Shown here: piece by piece, positions 13,791 through 26,537 of the stretch
How positions within the stretch are numbered: position 1 is the first letter of the stretch
How the letters are laid out: each line of letters opens with the position of its first letter
Source: Octopus vulgaris
Lineage: Eukaryota
Length of the DNA: 64,000 nucleotides
Assembly: GCA_951406725.2 (NCBI GenBank)
Contig: OX597831.1
Location: forward strand, 77,872,001 to 77,936,000
Direction of reading: 5' to 3'
Position numbers and translations under genes: made by a program
The notes under the pieces: model-generated
Seen by the model: the letters and a program-made list of their open reading frames with translations, nothing else
What the model was told of the DNA's origin: nothing
Databases searched by the model: none

Positions 13791-14249
13791 ATAAACATAA
13801 ACCTTTAATAGAATATTTTGATAGAATTTTTTTCGAAAAAATTTATTCTATATTAGATATATATATATATATATATACGTATGTATATATGTATGTATAT
13901 ATGTATATACATATATATATAACAACAAAAACAAGTAAACAAACCCAAAAGATACATCAAACACAACAACAACAACAATGTTACCACCAATAACAACAAT
14001 AATAACAACAACAATAATATCAACAACAACAATAATAACAACAACAGTAATACCACCACCACCACCACCACAACAACAACAAACAACAACAATAATAACA
14101 ACAGCAGGAAGTAATGATACGGAAGAGGAAGAGGACAGCAAATTAACGACAGCAACAACAACATCAACAATAATGACGATAGTAATTTATGCTGTTTACG
14201 TAATGTATTCCTGCTACTATTTTTATAATCTTTAATAGTAATAATAATT

Positions 14250-14252
14250 ATG

Positions 14253-14320
<68 letters not shown>

Positions 14321-14444
14321 GGTGGTAGTAGTAGTAGTAGTAGTGGTGGTGGTGGTGGTGGTAGTAGTAGTAGTAGCAGTGGTAGTGGTAGTAGTAGTAG
14401 TAGTAGTGGTGGTGGCGGTGATGATGGTTGTAGTAGTAGTAGTG

Positions 14445-14488
<44 letters not shown>

Positions 14489-14504
14489 GATAGTATTAGT
14501 GGTG

Positions 14505-14545
<41 letters not shown>

Positions 14546-14947
14546 GGTGGTAGTAGTAGTAGTAGCGGTGGTGGTAGTAGTAGTAGTAGTGGTGGTGGTG
14601 GTGGTGAAAAGGCTATTCCTTCCTATTATAGGCACAAGGCTTGAAATTTGGTGGGAATGGTGGGGGTAGTCGAGTAATCTACCCCGCCCCCAGCCCGGAT
14701 TTCAACTGACACTTATCGTTTTTATCGCCTCCCCGCCCCTCCGCCCCCGCCAAGAGAATGACAAGAAAAGTCGACTTCGGCGCAATTTGAACTCAGAATG
14801 CGCAGTCGGACCAAATGCTGTTACGCACTTCGTCAGGCGCCGTAACCACTCTTCTCGTTCGCCCTCTCATAATAATTGCAATAATTATATAAATGGCGAT
14901 AATGTAATAAAATTAGCATCATCATCATCATCATTATTATTATTATT

Positions 14948-14988
<41 letters not shown>

Positions 14989-15049
14989 TATTATTATTAC
15001 CATCATCATCATCATTATCATCATCATCATCATCATCATCATCATTATT

Positions 15050-15090
<41 letters not shown>

Positions 15091-15091
15091 T

Positions 15092-15126
<35 letters not shown>

Positions 15127-15263
15127 TATTAATATTATCATCGACTTTCATCTTTCATCCTTTCATGGTCGATAAATTAAATACCAGTTACGCACTGGGG
15201 TCGATGTAATCCACTTGATCCCTTCACCCCCAAATTTGAGACCTTGTGCTTCCAGCAGAAAGG

Positions 15264-15321
<58 letters not shown>

Positions 15322-15496
15322 TTATTTTTATTATTATTATTATTTTTATTATTATTTCTTCTTCTTCTTCTTCTTCTTCTTCTTCTTCTTCTTCTTCTTC
15401 TTCTTCTTCTTCTTCTTCTTTCTTCTTCTTCTTCTTCTTCTTCTTCTTCTTCTTCTTTTCTTCTTCTTCTTCTTCTTATTATTATTATTTCTTCTT

Positions 15497-15556
<60 letters not shown>

Positions 15557-15655
15557 TTTATTTTTATTATTATTATTTTTATTATTATTATTTCTTCTTC
15601 TTCTTCTTCTTCTTATTATTATTTTATTTTTATTTTTTATTTTTATTATTATTAT
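14250..15655. repeat. Compound trinucleotide tracts (GTA/GTG, CAT/TAT, TAT/TCT) interleaved with family B SINE fragments
   Basis: Directly visible; SINE pieces at about 14612-14870 (-) and 15140-15265 (+). Confidence 0.9.
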
Positions 15656-16071
15656 ATTAATAGTGAACTTAATAGTGATGGTGATGTTGTTGTTGATGAT
15701 GATGATAAAAATAGTAAACCTAAGTAAAACAATCAGGATCCGATGGTTCTGTGGTCACGGTAACGACAGGAATAAAATTATAAAATAAAGACGTGATACA
15801 AAAAAAAAATAAATAAATAAGAAGAAATAAATGCGCAAAAAGTTCCCCCAAAAAAAAAGAAAAAAAAAGGCAAGAACTTACATAAATGATATTAAAACAG
15901 CAGCGAATTGTATAAAAATAACAGAGATATTAAAAAGCAACAACATTCCAAATGCCATTCTTTCCAGTACAACATATTGACTCTATTATGTGTGTGTGTG
16001 TGTGTGTGCGTGTGTGTGTGTGTGTGTGTTTACATTTATGGCAGGAAAGAGTGAGAGAGGGGGAAGAGATG

Positions 16072-16123
<52 letters not shown>

Positions 16124-16237
16124 AAAACTTTGTTATGAACCAGTGTAAATGTATATCTGGAGTGTGTTTGTACTTGCTTATATATGTATATATGTGTGTA
16201 TGTATGTATATATAAATATATATATTATATATATGTA

Positions 16238-16343
<106 letters not shown>

Positions 16344-16348
16344 CTATG

Positions 16349-16383
<35 letters not shown>

Positions 16384-16447
16384 TGTATATATATGAATGA
16401 CATCTATATGTGCGTCTGTGTATACATGTGTGTATATATATGTATAC

Positions 16448-16478
<31 letters not shown>

Positions 16479-16480
16479 TG

Positions 16481-16519
<39 letters not shown>

Positions 16520-16863
16520 GTGTGTATGTATGTATATAAATAGAGAGATAAATAGATAGACATGAAATGAATATTTTTGCAGACCGTGTATACACACACG
16601 TAAGTGTATCTATACAGGACGTTCATAGGTCCGTTATGTGTGTGTGTGTGTAGGGGGGGGGGGTATAGGCGTAGGTGTGTGGTAAGAAGCTTGCTTTCCA
16701 AACCACATGTTTCTGGGTTCAGTCCCACTGCGTGGCAAACAGAGCAAGTGTTCCTAGCAATTGACATCTATTGATTGCACCGAAGCGGAGTTGGCAGACG
16801 AAGGACACATATCTGTCGTTCGCACACACACACATACACACACACACATACACACACACACAC

Positions 16864-16908
<45 letters not shown>

Positions 16909-17012
16909 ACATGCGCATATAAAAATATGTGAGTCTTTGCGTTTATCTCCCATCACCTTTTGACACCTGGTGTCGGTTTGTTAAAGTTCCTTTGACTTAC
17001 TGTTTCGAGGAA

Positions 17013-17240
17013 AGACCACCAGTTACCTGGTTTCCATGGTGACGGAGTGTAGACCATCTCCCCTAAACGGAACGCCAGTCCGTTGCCGGGTTTACTTATT
17101 TGTAGCCGAGAGGACTGGAGTAACGTGAAAAGAAATGAAGTATTTCGCTCAAGAACACAGCACACTGTCCTGCTCGGGGATCGAAACCAGTGACTTTCGA
17201 TTGTGAGTGCAGCACTCTAATCACTTGGACATGTGCCTTT
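17013..17240 (-). mobile_element. tRNA/CORE-type SINE, family D-like
   Basis: Minus head ...gtccaagtgattagagtgctgcactcacaatcgaaagtcactggtttcgatcccc followed by ttgagcgaaatacttcatttc, similar to 58940-59270. Confidence 0.65.
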
Positions 17241-17960
17241 TAACGTTCTGAGTTTTATAAATTGTTGGGAATAATCAAAGAATTCTTCGATAGGATTCAG
17301 TCAGTTGCGATTTCGTTATGTCTTCATCGATTTTGTGAATGAAAAAAATTGTACCTCGTTTCGAAATTGTAACTCTTGGAATATTCTGTTAGACCTGGAA
17401 AATCATTTGGTAACAGCATTTGGAACAGACGGAAATCTAATCAAAACTCAATTTCAATGATGAATTTGTTTTGGTTTTATAAACATCAAGATGCCTTATT
17501 CTTTCGAAAAATCACAGAATGGACTTTCAAATGACTTTTTGAAACATACCGTATTTTCCGTTATACAAGTCGAATTTTTCAAACCAAAATGTATAACAAA
17601 TAAATAAATGAAAAGTGAGATCGTCTTATTCATCAAACTGACTCGATATATAAGCCGATCAAAGATTCCATATAAAATGCAGCCGGATTTGGAAAGATAG
17701 TAGCGATATTTGACTGTTTACCCTATATATTACGTCGACTTGTATGGTATTTTGTAAAACTGAGGTTACCCTCTGCACACTGTTGTTTGAATGCAGAAAC
17801 TAGTTGAAGTTCTTATACTCAAGCTAAGATGCGTATAGTTCATTGATATCTTTTACTAACGAAGAAGGTAATTCGCTATATCATGGCAGTTTCATTCTAA
17901 ATCTTTGATACGGATGGTTGCATCAGCTAAAATTACTAAATCAAATACCCCACTCTTACC

Positions 17961-18050
17961 ATATTTAATATCTTTTTCTCTTGTGTCTCTTTTGTTCGTC
18001 TTCTTGAAATTCTGGGCAGTATTTTTCATTTCCTCAAATCTATTCAGAAC
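17961..18050 (-). other. Possible spliced exon (unassigned)
   Basis: Unique sequence with open frame VLNRFEEMKNTAQNFKKTNKRDTREKDIKY, donor ATG|GTAAGA and a weak CAG acceptor. Confidence 0.2.
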
Positions 18051-19339
18051 CTGTTCTCCAGAAAGCATAACACACCTCACAAGTCTAATATTTTCACAAC
18101 ATTCTTTAAATTTTCATCGTTAATTAATACTCTTGCTTTAAAAACATTTTCATGCATTTTATAACCGTTAACAAAAAATGCTTTAAAATTTTAATTTTTC
18201 AACACAACGAGACTCTCTTTACATTGCACGGATGTTTTTGTAGAGGTTGGTTTAAATAATTTTCCAATCAAAGTCGTAATTTAATCGGATTTACTGATTA
18301 ATGACAGATCCATTAATACAAAGATCAAGGAATGCACTGGACCCAACCGGTAGGTTTTCCAGATGCAAAAATATGTCTGAATGAATCTACTCAAAGCCCT
18401 CGGTTTTTATAGATGCTAAAATTGTCGTAATTCCTCTAATAAAGGATTCTTTTATGAAATGAGTGACATCATGTGTGTCGTGGGTTTATCCATATCTAAA
18501 GAAAAGAACATACACGCGTAGAAAGAAGCTTTCAGTCGCACAGACACATCGAGAAAGAGAGGGAAGGAGGGAAAGAGAAAAAGTGAGTGAGTGAGAGAGA
18601 GGAGTTCTCGTTTCGTCGGTGTTTGCTGACAGAATAATTTCTTTTGTTCTTCTTGAGATATTTTATATCACCAAAAGAATTTGCAAATATTTGGAAAGAA
18701 AGTTAAAGAGACAAAATAGAACAAAGTGTCCTCCATTCGGGAAAAGCTTCCGTTTTGTGGCCAGCGCCGAAGCAGTTTCACAGAACGATCCATTCATCGT
18801 CAAACTTTCACAACTTCATTCAACAAATATATTTTGTCTTTTGATTTCGGCCTTTTTTTTTTTGCCTCAGTCGTGTAATTCTGATCCAATCACTAGCTTC
18901 AATGTCTTAAAATCATGTGTTCTACTACGTGAGAAACTATTTTCACAAACAATGCACAACGTTTTACTTAAAGGGCCCGCCGTGAATAATAGTGCGTTTT
19001 CCCACTGCTCATTGAATTCGCGCTTACTTCTAACCTTCTCTTTTTCTTGACGTCATTTTGTGATCGGTAAGGTAAAAAAAAAAAAAATAATAATAATAAA
19101 TTAAAAATTAAGAATAAAAATAAAACATGGCTGAATTTTCGAGAAAAGAAAGTACAGACCCGCAAATATTCTCAAAGAATGAACAAAGCAAAGCCCTGTA
19201 GTACAGGTGTGTTTGCTGAAAATCAACTAACGAAAAGCCTCGATGGCCCAGGGCTGGTTGCCGCTTCAGGATCAAACAAGTATCAAACGTAGACAGAACA
19301 ATCATGGACAAGCGTTAAATACACCATTTCTAATCGTCC

Positions 19340-19368
19340 GGTGCGTCACTTCTGGCGCATGCGCCATA
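19340..19368. promoter_or_regulatory. Candidate promoter motifs (NRF1-type palindrome, ETS/CRE-like)
   Basis: Perfect 14-bp palindrome TGGCGCATGCGCCA (19353-19366) overlapping GCGTCACTTCTGG; a TGACGTCA at about 19048; set in about 1 kb of repeat-free, CpG-retaining DNA. Confidence 0.35.
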
Positions 19369-19586
19369 CGCTCGTCATGCTTGATTTAACCATAACAACT
19401 TAAAATTGTGCATTTATGCTTAAATATGATTATGCGTGTGAGCGTGCGCATATCTTCGCATGTGATAAATAGATAGACAGATAGCAAGAGAGAGAGAGAG
19501 AGAGAGAGAGAGAGTAAGAGAGAGACATAGAGACGGATAGATAGACAGACAGACAGACATATATATATATATGTAGGTAGGTAGGT

Positions 19587-19641
<55 letters not shown>

Positions 19642-19976
19642 TAGATAGATAGATAGATAGATAGATGAACTCTGTGAATGCAAAATTGTATACATGTTCC
19701 CGGATCAGTGTTTAGCGGAAAAACCAGGTTCCAAATATACCTCTCGTTTCTTTTTAATATACGGTACCCCAGAATGGCCACAGTCTAATGTCTGAAACAA
19801 GTAAATGATAAAAGATAAAGGATATTGTTTTAACTCGCCCGTTTTAACAGATACGATAGAGAACGTGGTTAAACGAAGATTTGCTTGTTAGGTCTCTTGT
19901 AGGTTGAGCGACAATTCGCGGGAACCATTTTGTAGTTTCGTCAGTGATAACATAATTTATCATATGAGTTTAACAA

Positions 19977-20559
19977 GGCGTTGAGCTGGCAGCAGCGTTA
20001 GAGCGCCGAGCGAAATGCTTAGCGGTATTTCGTCTGCCGCTACGTTCTGAGTTCAAATTCCGCCGAGGTCGACTTTGCCTTTCAACCTTTCGGTGTCGAT
20101 TAAATAAGTACCAGTTACGCACTGGGGTCGATGTAATCAACTTAATCCGTTTGTCTGTCCTTGTTTGTCATCTCTGTGTTTAGCCCCTTGTGGGTAGTAA
20201 AGAAATAGGTATTTCGTCTGCCGCTACGTTCTGAGTTCAAATTCCGCCGAGGTCGACTTTGCCTTTCATCCTTTCGGGGTCGACAAATTAAGTACCAGTT
20301 ACGCACTGGGATCGATGTAATCGACTTAATCCCTTTGTCTGTCCTTGTTTGCCCTCTGTGTGTTTAGCCCCTTGTGGGTAGTAAAGAAATAGGTATTTCG
20401 TATGTCTTTACGTTCTGAGTTCAAATTCCGCCGAGGTCGACTTTTCCTTTCATCCTTTCGGGGTCGATAAATTAAGTACCAGTTGCGTACTGGAATCGAA
20501 TTAACCGACTGACCCCCTCCCCAATAATTTCGGGCCATGTGCCTAGAGTAGAAAAGAAT
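19977..20559 (+). mobile_element. SINE family B trimer
   Basis: Units restart at GGTATTTCG at about 20024, 20208 and 20392; TSD ATATGAGTTT(A/T)ACA at 19962-19975 and 20560-20573. Confidence 0.9.
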
Positions 20560-20592
20560 ATATGAGTTTTACATACATGCACGCATATATAT

Positions 20593-20916
20593 TCTTTTAC
20601 TTCTTTCAGTCAGTTGACTGCGGCCATGCTGGAACACTGCCTTTAGTCGCACAAATCGATCCCATGACTTATTCTTTATAAGCCTACGACTTATTCTATC
20701 GGCCTCTTTTGCTGAAATGCTAAATTACGTGGACGTAAACACACCAACATCGTTTGTCAAGCGATTGGGGGGAGGGGGACAAACACAGATACACAAATGC
20801 ATGCACACATACACACACACATATATATATATATATATGTATATACGACGGGCTTCTTTCAGTTTCCGTCTACCAAATCCACTCACAAGGCTTTGGTTGG
20901 CCCGAGGCTATAGTAG
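20593..20916 (-). mobile_element. SINE family C, 5'-truncated
   Basis: Reverse complement of family C body and tail with internal (TA)/(CA). Confidence 0.82.
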
Positions 20917-21198
20917 AAATCCCTTAAACACACTGACATTCGCATTCGAACATATACCCACGCAGTGAATGTGAACGATATACGTCTAAAAAGAGTGAGA
21001 GAAATTGTATCAAATATATATAGGGAGGGAGGGAGGGAGGACGTTTACAAAGATAAAAGCGGAAAACGAAAGAAATTTACTATCACAGATTTTTATATTC
21101 TAAAATTAAGTGAACATTTTCAAATTTGGTCTATTGACGTTTTTTTTCTCTTTGAATCCGATTTTGTGATTTATTTATGCCAGGATAAGTTTTGAAAA

Positions 21199-21445
21199 AT
21201 TCTGTTGTGTCTGGGGAGAGTCATTCTCTTTTAGTGCCTTATAATTTAACACACTCACCGGTAAAATTTCCACTTATTTCTTATTTTTATTTTCCTAAAA
21301 TTTTCGTTGCGTCTTGCAACCTTTTCAAGACTATTGTTAAATTATAAGGCACAAAAAGAAATGACTCTCCGCAGACACAATAGAATATGCTTCAACACAC
21401 GAACTCATATATAGAATCTTGCAAACCAATTCCAAAAACGAAATT
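21199..21445. mobile_element. Fold-back Penelope-like repeat, copy 1
   Basis: Inverted arms (attctgttgtgtctggggagagtcatt...gtgccttataatttaac vs gttaaattataaggcac...aatgactctccgcagacacaatagaat); hammerhead-like core on the minus strand at 21295-21328. Confidence 0.6.
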
Positions 21446-21954
21446 TTGATAAGTTTTGAAAAATGTTATAGTGATTTAAAATTTGAAAATTTTTACTCAA
21501 GCAGAAACCAGGATTTGGAAGCTAGCATTCTGTGCGTGAAAGCTATGTATCATAAAACGAAAGTAGACATAGCAAAACGAAGTTTAAAACAAAATGAAAG
21601 CAATTACGGCGTATGAGGAGAGAGAGAGAGAGGGGGGGGAAGGGCAACATGCGTGAGAGATTATACATATACAAAGAGGGAGTGAAATAGAGTGTGGTAA
21701 CTATATATAGAGAGGAGAAGGCAAAAGAGGGAGAAAGCATGATGGTGACAGATAGAGAATGGGGATTTGGTGATCTAAAAGTTGAATTATTTAAAGTAGG
21801 AAATTATATATATTTTTTTATTATTATTATTTACGGACAACCTTTTCTTAGGGACGCATATTTCGAAAATCAAATTCGTTTTTCTCGACTACGGACCGTT
21901 TCAGAGCCTTTCGAGGCTAAACACATACATATTCACATAAGTCTCATATATAGA

Positions 21955-22232
21955 CACACGCACTGGTAAAATTTCCACTTATTTCTTATTTCAATTTTCC
22001 TAAAATTTTAGTTGCGTCTTGCAACCTTTTCAAGAGTCAAAACTATTGAAAAGGTTGCAAGACGCAACTAAAATTTTAGGACAATAAAAATATTAAAAAA
22101 AAAGTGGAAATTCTACCGGTGAGTGTGTTACATAATAAGGCACAAACAGAAAATCTCCGCAGACACAACAGAATATGCTTCAACACACGAACTCATATAA
22201 AGAATCTTGCAAAACCAAATCCAAAAACGAAA
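21955..22232. mobile_element. Fold-back Penelope-like repeat, copy 2
   Basis: Head-to-head inverted duplication centred on about 22033-22045; same family as 21199-21445. Confidence 0.62.
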
Positions 22233-23002
22233 TCTCATATATAGATATTTAGTAGATATACTCAGTCTCATGTATTGAGTTCTTTTCGTTCTCACACGCT
22301 CTCTCTCTCTTTAGAAATACAAGCGTTCACCTCTCCCACTACGCATACACACACATTACTATCTGTGTGTGTCTATTAAATACATACTTATACTGAATAT
22401 CAACAGGTATTTAAGAAACGCAGCATACAATATAATTGGTGGCGGCGGTGGTGGTGGTATTAGGTTATGGTGGCGGAGTGTCACCGTGTGAATTAGAGCT
22501 TCAATCTTCCAGACACCGCCTACAGTTGCCACTGGAACGGAGAGGAAAAGGCGAAAAGAATGTTTGGTCCACAGAGCGAGACGCTTCTCAATGAATGAAC
22601 GAACGAATACATGAATGAATGGGATACAGGTGCAAGTGGTGGCGGCGGCGGTGGTGGTGGTGGTGGTGGCGGCGGGTGTGGCTTCGGTGTTGTTAATAAT
22701 GGTGTTGGTGCTTGATAATGGTTGCGGTGATACCGTTTTGGTTGTACGGGCTGGTAGTGCTGGTAGTCGTGACTGAGGTCGTGGTGTTGGCAATGGTGGA
22801 GGCGAAAGCGGTAGTATAATCATTGAAAGTGTTCTTCAATATTTAAGACGCAGTTCTATGAATCCAGCAACATTTGGCTGCTATGTTTCGCAGAACCAGG
22901 GACCACATTTTGTGGCGGTGATACTCTCTTTAAAGATAGTGTGTTACAGATTACTCAGTCACACACCAAGATACACATATATGTGTGTTTGTGTATTATA
23001 CG

Positions 23003-23030
<28 letters not shown>

Positions 23031-23033
<3 letters not shown>

Positions 23034-23222
23034 AAAGTTTACGAAAATAAACAAAAGACGAAGACAGGTGGTGTACAAAACAAGCAGATGTAGTAGTATA
23101 ACGCTCAGGAATAGAAAAAGTATTTTACGTTTCGAGCCTACGCCCTTCTACAGAAAGGGACACAGAAAAAAACAAGGAGAGAAACAAGGAGATAAAAATG
23201 TGTAGTGGCTAACGATCTATCA
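23031..23222 (-). mobile_element. Short Penelope-like element inside (TA)n with hammerhead-like motif
   Basis: Flanked on both sides by (TA)n; minus strand TTT-CTGTAGA-A-GGGC-GTAG-GCTC-GAAAC-GTA-AAA; downstream ttcctgagcgt shared with the 13.6/48.6-kb family. Confidence 0.65.
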
Positions 23223-23974
23223 TATATATATATATATGTATATGTGTGTGTGTATGTATACATACTTATGTGCCTAAGTTCCTACATACGAATTACATGT
23301 AGACAACGCTCTCACATACATGTATGTATTTAGGTGTGTGTGTGTACATGTGTGTCGACGTATAAACGTGGAGGTATACCTCAAACATGAGTTAAAAAAT
23401 ATGCCTCGCAACCGTGGGAACCTCGTTTCGATTCCACGGTGAGGCAAACTGGGCATTACATTTCAGGGTAGACTATGTTTCTGAAAGTGAGGCACGCACC
23501 CAACACGTGAAAGTATTTTCTTGAAGCTTGGGGTATTTCAGAATGTGGCATAAATAAGTTTATTTTTATTCTTGGTTTTAGTTCCCCCTGCGCACTTGAG
23601 TACTGCTGACTGAGGCCGCTGTTTTCTATTGGTCGCATTATTCTCGGTATCCGGTTGTGTGAAATTTACCTTTCTTATGTCGGGTTTTGAATGTTCTGCA
23701 CCAGGTAGACTTCGGCTTTAGTGTTCGCTTATTTTCTCATTCATTTCCCTTCCAATGGTGTTCATTTGAAAGCTGGTAGGGCGTAAGGAGTATGATATGC
23801 CCCAGTGGCGATATTGTCCGAACCCGCGTCGCCACTGATATATCCCATGATATATCTACGGGACGGGTCCGAAAGGTGTACTTTCGCCGACCGACCCTAC
23901 TGACTGTGCCAGTCCATTATTTGTTCGTAGTGGACCAGCCCACTTCTCGCCTGGGGGCGTCCGCCACAACAGAG

Positions 23975-24210
23975 TAAAAGAGTAAAGACTCCTCCGGGCA
24001 TGAATGACCATGGAATTGAACCTAGAGAGTTCCCTTCCTAGGTACTAGTACGGGTGAGGTCGCTTGTGGAAGACCAGCAGTCGCTCCCCTCTCTCCCTCA
24101 AGGGAAAAGGCTAAGGCCGATACAGCTTGGCACCAGTGACGTTGCAGCACGTATCTACAGATCAGTAGCAACGTGAAATGAAGTGTCTTCCTCAAGAACA
24201 CAACACACGA
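23975..24210 (-). mobile_element. SINE family D, headless
   Basis: catgaatgaccatggaattg...gccgatacagcttggcaccagtgacg...gcaacgtgaaatgaagtgtctt matches 58940-59270. Confidence 0.75.
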
Positions 24211-24223
24211 CATTAGAGCAGTA

Positions 24224-24480
24224 TTGTTCTTTTCTACTCTAGGTACAAGACATAGCATTTTCTGGGAGGCGCCAATCGATTAGATCGACCCTGGTATGCA
24301 TCTGGTACTTAATTTATCGACCCCGAAAGGATGAAAAGCAAAGTCGATCTCGCGGGAATTGAACTAAGACAGATGAAATACCGCTAAGCATTTCGCCCGG
24401 CGTGCTAACGTTTCTTATTTCTTTACTGCCCACAAGGGGTTACACACAGAAGGGACTAAAAAGGACAGACAAAGGGATTA
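24224..24480 (-). mobile_element. SINE family B with upstream tail-type-1 remnant (multimer junction)
   Basis: Minus strand: ...ccccttgtgggcagtaaagaaata|agaaacgttagcacgccgggcgaaatgc... followed by core and tail type 2. Confidence 0.8.
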
Positions 24481-24481
24481 T

Positions 24482-24635
24482 CTAGCGTTCTGTTGGTTTT
24501 TACTGTGTCTTTCCATGTCTCACTGGAATAGAGAAGTATTGATAAAACTATGCTTTTATAGGCACAGAAACCTTGTTTTGAGGCCGATGGTGTGAGAAGA
24601 ACAAACAGCGCACATTCAATATGCCTTGCCAATTC
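24482..24635 (-). mobile_element. RTE-like LINE fragment
   Basis: YKSIVLSILLYSSETW motif (post-RT region of RTE clades). Confidence 0.6.
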
Positions 24636-25017
24636 TATAATTTGTGTGTGTGTGTGTGTATGTGTATGTGTGTGTGTGTGTGTGTGTGCGTGTGTGTGTG
24701 TGTGTGCGTGCGTGTGTGTATATGTGTTGTTCATAAGGCGCTCAAACTCTGAGGAACCAAGTCAAGGAAAATTGAGTCAAACGAGAGACCAACTAGAAAT
24801 AGCAGTGAAAGTCCTATACAATGAGCTTTTCCCTAAAAAAACTCCAATCGATAATATACTCTGCGGTACATTGTGCTTGAAAATATAAGACGGGATGGTT
24901 ATGTCTGGAACGCCCTTTCTTCGTAAGTCTTCTGAGTTATGGCTGGACCGAGGGCTGAGGGCGGCGGGTTTAAACAGCTACGAATAAATGAGTAAATAGA
25001 CAATCTTGTTGTTGTTG

Positions 25018-25070
<53 letters not shown>

Positions 25071-26537
25071 TATTAATTGAGAACGTAAGGTAGACAAAAG
25101 CGATAGAGGAAATAGGGAAATGAAAAGAAAAAAAGAAAGAAAGTAATAATAAAAGAAGGAAAAAAAGGAAGTGGGGCGGTGTAGGAAATAGGCAAAGGAG
25201 CATCTGAATATCATAAATACGTGTGTGCGCGCGCGTTCGTACGGACCTCCACCCTCGCACACATACACACATATTGCCGTTGCCGATATATATACGCGCA
25301 TACCTGTATATTTGTATATGTACGTATATGTATATATGTGTGTGTATATATATATGTATGTATATATATACATATATATGTATATATGTGTGTGTGTATA
25401 TATATATATACACACTCACACACACATATATATATAGTGAGAGAGAGAGAGGTAGAAACATACAAACATACTCATGTGTGTGTGTGTGTGTGTGTGTGTG
25501 TATTGAAGAACAGAATGCAAAATCGAAAATGGAGATGACATGTTCACCATCAATGTTATTAGTCTGACACTTGAGGAAAAGGAAAGAATAAATTGCTTTA
25601 ACGTTTCGGACATTGACCTTTTCTCATATAGTAGGAAAAGAGAAGGAATAAAAGCCAAGATATTTCCAAAAAGAAAGGGAAGGAAGAAGAAAGGAGGGAA
25701 AAATTATTTCAGTCTCTCTCTCTATCCTCTGTGTGTGTTGCTTTTGCTGATGTTTAACCCCAGATTAACACTGGTTGAGATGAGCTATTAACCAGGACCA
25801 TACTCACATATAATGACCATACTGACATATCATCCTGCCTGCAGTATAATCCAGGATGATACTCTGCTCTTTTGAAGATGGCAGGATTCGATCCGGTTTT
25901 TTTTTTTAGCTAATCAAATAACCAGGTAAAATCCCTCGTTGATTTGTGTTTATAGTGTGTCTCCCTCAAATATATTTCCGAAATAGTATCGTTGTCAAAT
26001 GCTGCTTTAATCACTCGTATTATTCAAATTTCCTTCAGCAAACTAACACACCAACCAACCAACCAACGACTGTTTCGTTTTATGCATTTCATCATTGCGT
26101 ATTTTCCTATCAATTTGAGAAATACCGTGAACCTTATGCTTGGCTGTTGGGATAACATTTGGAGCGAAATGAGAGGGAGAGAGGGGGAGAGGGAGAGAGT
26201 GTGTGTCTGTGTGTGTGTCTGCGATAGGACTTACAAATTTCTAGTTTAGTATCCTGTTGGGAATTTTGCCAACAAGGGTAGGTTCCACGACTAAACGACG
26301 ATATGGAGAAGTTTTTGAGAAAAGCCTGACGTTTATTTTTATTTTGTTTTTTATCTTTTCCATTGTTTGTTGCAAACATTTGCACCAACTTTGTCCTGTT
26401 GGCATCTCCAAAACGTGTGGGTCGTTCTATACAAGGTTTTACCACTGAAAACCAATCAAGAATGTAGGAAACCTAAAAGCTTCCTGTTGAACCTACCTTC
26501 CTACAACGGAATCGACAGAAGCATCCATACTCTCTAA

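Noticed and set aside
19977-20559. CRISPR-like array
   Set aside because: Whole units are duplicated with no unique spacers; eukaryotic SINE multimer.
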